Assembly: GCA_951406725.2 (NCBI GenBank)
Contig: OX597821.1
Location: forward strand, 105,462,001 to 105,526,000
Length of the DNA: 64,000 bases
From: Octopus vulgaris
Lineage: Eukaryota
Direction: 5' to 3'
Made by a program: the position numbers and the translations under genes. Positions within the stretch are counted from its first letter, which is position 1; each line of letters opens with the position of its first letter. Below the pieces are notes generated by a model. The model did not search any database. It was not told where the DNA came from and was given only the letters and a program-made list of their open reading frames with translations. Shown piece after piece: positions 57,564 through 64,000 of this stretch.

Positions 57564-57716
57564 TTTTTCTCTTCCTGTTTCTCTCCTTTTTTTTCTGTAT
57601 CCTCTTCTGTAGAAGAGGGAGGCTCAAAACGGAAAAGGCTTTTTCTATTCCTGAGCGTTATACTAATACATCTGTTTCTGTCTTCGTCTTTTGTTTTTTC
57701 GTAAACTCTCCCTATA

Positions 57717-57833
<117 letters not shown>

Positions 57834-58002
57834 GTATGCTTGTGTGTGTGTGCGCGTCTTTATATATATATGGCCTTATAAAATATGCATTTTTTTCTAA
57901 ACACATTCTACCACAAATATAACATACGGAAACAATGTAATTATTTGGGTTTCTAGTATTGATATAAATGTCGTAAATATGTTGCAAATGTATATGGTTA
58001 TC

Positions 58003-58089
58003 TACGTCTGATGAGTGCGGTTTCTTTCATATTGATGTAAGGTTTTCATTGATCGATTAAATTGAGTCGCTCGAAACGGCCGTAATGTA
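58003..58089 (+). ncRNA. Type I hammerhead ribozyme motif
   Basis: tacgt CTGATGA gtgcggttt..gagtcgctc GAAA cggccg TA atgta; canonical core and palindromic stem III. Confidence 0.78.
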
Positions 58090-58204
58090 TTGATAACTTG
58101 ACATTCTTGCTACTTATTGACATTCTATACAGGTAAGTAGATAGATATGCATATTTATGACTTATACTTATGTACATGTAGAAACATCTACACAAACACA
58201 CACG

Positions 58205-58250
<46 letters not shown>

Positions 58251-58783
58251 TACACATATATATTGCTCTTTTGATACTAACTTACTGTACTTTTCCAGCG
58301 ATTTCTAAATATTTGTGATGAATTATATGAGGATGCAATCAATACTGTTTAATTTATAGAAGCTATAAATCAATTCAAATAATCTGAAGTATGGATGCAG
58401 ACTAAAAACAAAAAATTCAAATGAACTGGTACTAAAATTACCACTAGTAGACAAGAGGGTTTTTGTATTGTTTTCCGCTTGATATTTTTTAAAGTATCAT
58501 GGCATTTATAAATGACCTCAGAAATGACTGATTGCTAAGAAAGTAGTAACTACAAAATTTTTACTTGTGAACACTAACAACATAGGGAAAATGATTGAAG
58601 TGATAAGAATTTCAATAATGACCTTTGATACACAGTCATTGAAATATTACAAAGACGAATTCATAAAACCGACGAATACCTCCTGAACTCATATGAATGA
58701 TGTAAGTCTATAAAACCCAATCATTAAACTCATTTACATTAATATTACACACATACACAAATATACATACACACATCCATACA

Positions 58784-58828
<45 letters not shown>

Positions 58829-59370
58829 GTGTATGTGTATATATACATATATATATACACACACACATATATATACATATACATATATACATATATATAT
58901 GTATATATATGTGTGTGATGTGTGTGTATATATATGTATGTAAATATGATATATATATAGATATGCGGACACACATATTCACACGTACATGCACACACGT
59001 ATATACACCACCTACTCTTAAGCCCCCACACATATGCACACATATACATTTGAATATGAATACGTGATACTTATATATTTATTGTATAAGTCTGGCGAAT
59101 TCTCCTTCATCTATATTCGCATTTGTTTGTTATTTATATGTAATCACAAAGTATAATTATATCCATTGAAATTAAATTATCAATATGAAATTATTAATAA
59201 CTGTAATTGATTGCTCTTGACTCGATGTGAACACGATAAGTACATTATCGTCCTCATCTTATCTTCTATTCCGTTCTCGCTTTTCTCATTATTCTTCCCA
59301 TGCAATAACTCACCTAATTAAGTCTCTTATGGAGATACCCTTTCTTTTATACATTCTTACATTCACTTTT

Positions 59371-59740
59371 GTGGAGGCGCAATGGCCCAGTGGTTAGGTC
59401 AGCGGACTCGCGGTCGTAGGATCGCGGTTTCGGGCATTGTGACTGTATATTGAGCGAAAATACCTAAGGTTCCACGAGGCTCCGGCAGTGGGTGGTGGCG
59501 AACCCTGCTGTATTCTTTCACGACAACTTCCTCTCACCTTTTCTTCCTGCTTCTGTTGTATGTGTATTTCAAGGAGCCAGCATCGTCACACTCTCTGTCA
59601 CGCTGAATCTCCCTGAGAACTACACTACGAGTACACATGTCTGTGGAATGCCCAGCCACTTGCACGTTAATTTCCAGAGCAGGCTGTTCCGTTGATCGGA
59701 TCATCTGGAACCCTCGTCGTCGCAACCGACGGAGTGCCAC
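59371..59740 (+). mobile_element. SINE family B
   Basis: Colinear with 46111-46493. Confidence 0.88.
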
Positions 59741-59834
59741 TTTAACATTTGCGAAGTCATCTTTTCTCACTTAGGATGTGCTATATCATGTTATATTTTA
59801 AAACTTTCAGTAGTTAGACTGTAAAAATGCAGGT

Positions 59835-60313
59835 GGCTCACCTTGAAGAAGTTTTCGTGGAATGAGTCGAACCAGGTATATGAATATTTTTGCTAAGCCT
59901 GGTACGTAAGCTGCCGGTTGCTTTTGCCGAACCACTAAATGGCGGCAAAGCATCAACACCGGTTATCAAGCAGTGGTAGAGATCAAACGCACACACAAAG
60001 ACACACAAACACACACACACATGCACACATACACACATCTTTTACATTTTAAAATTTACTTGTTGCAGTCACTAGACAGCGGCCATTGAACTTTTAGTCG
60101 AATAAATTGACAATAGTACTACTTGTTAAAGCCTAATACTTATTCCATCGAACACGTTAGCCGAACCGCTATGTTACGGGGATGCAAACAAACCAACAGT
60201 AGCTGACAAGCAGTGCTAGATGGAACAACAAAGACACAACAACACACGGAAACACACACACACACATAAACACACACACACACAGTCAGACACACACACA
60301 TGTATATATATAT

Positions 60314-60368
<55 letters not shown>

Positions 60369-60525
60369 ACGGGCTTCTTTCTTCTTTTGTCAAACGAATC
60401 TACTCACAAGGGTTCCGTCACCCCGGTATTATAGTAGAATACTCTTGGTCAAGTTTCAACGCTGTGGGAGTGAACCCGGAACGATGTGGTTAGAAATCAA
60501 GCTTATCACACAGCCACGCCTTTGA
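59835..60525 (-). mobile_element. Degenerate SINE family A copies
   Basis: Reverse complement matches the family A head (GGCGTGGCTGTGTGATAAG..CCGGGTTCACTCCCAC) and body. Confidence 0.65.
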
Positions 60526-60734
60526 TTATAAGAGTCTATTATTTCCACAAAGGTGTGTTCATTCAAATTATTTAATTTTAAAGACAAAGTATATTAAATT
60601 TACACCAATATTTGGTAACAAGAACTGTCGCATTAAAAATGTACATTCGAAATTACGCGAATGCTTTTTTTCTATATATGATCATCCTGATGTGCATCGC
60701 ATTTATTTCCGTACACTAAGAGTGATATATATTC

Positions 60735-60890
60735 TTTTCTACTCTAGACACAACGCCCCAACTGCTTGGGGTGGGGGAAATTCAATTAGATCGACGTCAG
60801 CATGCAACATGTACTTAATTTCTCGACCCCGAAAGGATGAAAGGCATGTCGACCCCGGCGGAATTTAAACTCAGAACGTAAATACAGACA
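60735..60890 (-). mobile_element. SINE family C
   Basis: CTCGACCCCGAAAGGATGAAAGGC..GGCGGAATTTAAACTCAGAACGTA. Confidence 0.78.
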
Positions 60891-61262
60891 AATACAAATA
60901 CACATCTACGATGTGTTGTGTACGAAATCTACTAGATTCTTAATCTAATTCAATCTGATAAATGCTACCAATGATGCCATGAAAAAAAATCATAAATGAT
61001 ATTCTAAATGAGCGGTAAGATAACGGTCTAAACGTATCGGGGCATTTTAATCGCTGATTAATTATTGTGCAAAACAATGTTGTAAATATGTTTGTACCTT
61101 GTTTGCAAGGTCAATGCTTCTGATGAATCCTTTCTGTGTCATCAGGTATAAAATATTTTTGAACATAACTGGCAATCAATTAAAAGAAAATCAGAGATTA
61201 TGTCGAGACACCGTGCGTTTCCCCGCCAAATGCACTATTCAAAATTTGCAAGAGACATCTTT

Positions 61263-61349
<87 letters not shown>

Positions 61350-62231
61350 ATATATATATCACAGGAAGAAAATAAAAGATCTCGATTATCAATAGTTCAG
61401 GCTTTAGAGTAGCAATGAGCATTGATAAAATTTCCGGACGTGTATTGTGTTGCAACTTTATATGGTACCAAATCATAATTTTGACAGATCCTGTGCGTTG
61501 TTTGTAAGATTAAGAACGCCATATTCTGATGGAATCAGAAAATGCCAAGATAACTTTTACACTTCTAAATACAACCAATATATATGTCACTTCGGTGGAT
61601 GAACTGAATCAAAGTACTTCAATATTCACTGTGTGTTAAATATCACTCTTCTGAATAAAATAGACCATTTAACAGAACATTTTACTATATAACATATAGA
61701 TAAACAAATTGGACTTGATTTTGCTGCGGCTATGACAAGAGAACTAGAATCACTGGATTAGAGATTCAAAATACTTGTGAGTTATATGAGCCGAGCTTTA
61801 TTTTAGTTTACAGCAGACGTATTCATTCAATAGGATCAGTAAGGTTATATCCTAATTTTTTCTCAAACTTTTTCTCAAAATTTTTGTCAAGATTTTTCTC
61901 AGGATATAGGAAGATCTGAAGAAATAAACGGGGTTCTTGTGTTGAATTAATTGACTTCTTTAGTATAAAAGTAGTATAAAACGTTCAATCGACAGCAAAA
62001 CATGTCTGGGCATAGCTAATGTCTGGATAAACCGCATTCTTTTCATAGAAAACAATAACAGTTTGGGACGAATAGATATTTAAGTTTTCATACTAATTAA
62101 ACCGTTTGAAAAATCTTCAGAAAGGTTGAAATGAATATAAACATTCTGAAGAAAAGTATACAGAAGATGTACGGACACACACATAATCTCAAATACACAA
62201 TAACATATATATTCCCCAACGTCTCTATCTT

Positions 62232-62472
<241 letters not shown>

Positions 62473-62613
62473 TATTCAAATATTCAACGTAAACACGAAG
62501 TTTCAACCTTTATAAACAAGGAGTTACAACATCTTTACTTGTGAGATTTTGCTGCCCTGGTAACTATTCATTCATTTATCCGTGTTAATTGTTAACAAGG
62601 TAAAATACACTCA

Positions 62614-62666
<53 letters not shown>

Positions 62667-62734
62667 GTCTGTCTCCGTCTGTCTTCATATATATATATTG
62701 AGAAACTTAAATATATATATATATATATATATCC

Positions 62735-63493
62735 AGACATAGAGTGACCAACGGTTTCGTATCCATAAAACGTTTAGTTTTACAGACCACTTGTTAGAGT
62801 CATTTGGCCACAGGCGTATAACTCTTCTTCAAAGAGGGGTGCACTCACAGGTCAATCTTCGACACCCATCCCTTCTCCTCTCTGATTCCTTCTTTCTCTC
62901 TCTTCTCTCCCCTTGTTTCGTTTGTCCCTCCTCTCTCTCTCTCTCTCTCTCTCTCTTCCTTCCTTTGCTTCTCTTTCTTTTCTTTTCTCTCTTCTCTGTC
63001 ACGTGACCGCTGGCCGAAATCTGCCTCTCAGCATCCCACCAGCGACGTGTTAACATCGTTGTTTTTCGTCCGCCGCCAAGGCATCGCCGATAAGGCTCCT
63101 TTCCAAAAAAGCGCCAGAGAAAATTTGTTTGCTTGTTATCAGTCGTCAGACACTTGTTGTTTTCACCGTTAATGCTTCTGTATTTCATGTTTCTGTATTC
63201 CATTATTGTTTTTTGCCTTTTATATTCGTCCCTTTTGCTGTCCCGGTGTTCGTATGCATTCGATCCTTCTTCCAGGAAATCTACGCTCCCAGCTTACTTT
63301 TTCTAATGCTCGTTGCTTAGTTTTTCTTGGAGGGCTAGCCGTGATCTAGTAATCTCAAGATTAATCAGCCGAAATTACTACGATGATCCGGTTTTTGACT
63401 GAAGACTGAGGGTTTCGAATGTCCTGTCCGTGTTTATTGTATCGTCTTCTAAGAGTTATACGTTCTTGTCCATGTTGTATTTTTCTACATACC

Positions 63494-63496
<3 letters not shown>
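62735..63496 (+). mobile_element. Diverged relative of the 47420-48367 element (single repeat copy)
   Basis: Shared GCTTAGTTTTTCTTGG.GGGCT..CAGCCGAAATT..GATGAT.CGG..TGACTGAAGA..TTCGAATG and an upstream CT-rich block; (TA)n on both sides. Confidence 0.65.
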
Positions 63497-63562
<66 letters not shown>

Positions 63563-63656
63563 TTAGAGACAAAACCACTATTTTGCAAATCAAACAAAGA
63601 AAGAATTAATCCAATACATAAAAAAAATTAATATAAATTAAATAAAATTATATTCG

Positions 63657-63702
63657 CCACTACAATTGTTTCGTGTCTCTTCTAAGGACATTCATCAGGT
63701 GG
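63657..63702 (-). ncRNA. Compact type I hammerhead ribozyme
   Basis: ccac CTGATGA atgtccttagaagagacac GAAA caattg TA gtgg; canonical core, stem I ccac/gtgg, palindromic stem III. Confidence 0.85.
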
Positions 63703-64000
63703 ATTTCAGATCTAAAAATAATCAATATTTTTGAGATATAAATTTAAAATGACTAAAACTATAAATAATATAAATTTATCAATGAAAAAATATATATATA
63801 TAATCTATATATAATCTATATATAATCAAGAACTAAAATAACCTCTATAAACAATTGAATATAAAGAAACCTAGTATTTAAGTTCTCATATTTAAAGATG
63901 AAGAATCTAATTTCCAAAAACAAAAAAATTAAAATAAAATATATATACACACACATGCTCATACACATATATCTAAGTATATATAAACATATCTAAATAC

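Noticed and set aside
61119-61146. CTGATGA on both strands (ctgatgaatcc..gtcatcag)
   Set aside because: No matching stem II-GAAA-stem III-UH on either strand.

Overview
AT-rich eukaryotic (animal) repeat-dominated DNA with very dense (TA)n/(CA)n/(GATA)n microsatellites. The SINE and microsatellite make-up suggests an octopus or other cephalopod (inference). No host protein-coding gene can be supported, and nearly all ORF-track entries are microsatellite artefacts (YIYI, CVCV, poly-S/N/T). Recognisable content: three tRNA-derived SINE families, two CR1/L2-group LINE fragments, a decayed mariner, a decayed hAT (Buster/SPIN/GTF2IRD2-like) transposon, a non-autonomous Helitron, and Penelope-like element (PLE) pieces including a young copy with an open GIY-YIG endonuclease frame (51494-52711). 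The main unexplained signal is about ten type I hammerhead-ribozyme (HHR) motifs with palindromic stem III. They sit in small elements embedded in (TA)n tracts with two recurring architectures: inverted-repeat/foldback elements, and elements with terminal direct repeats (about 1.3 units) resembling retrozymes. All motifs were read by eye; no folding or database search was run.
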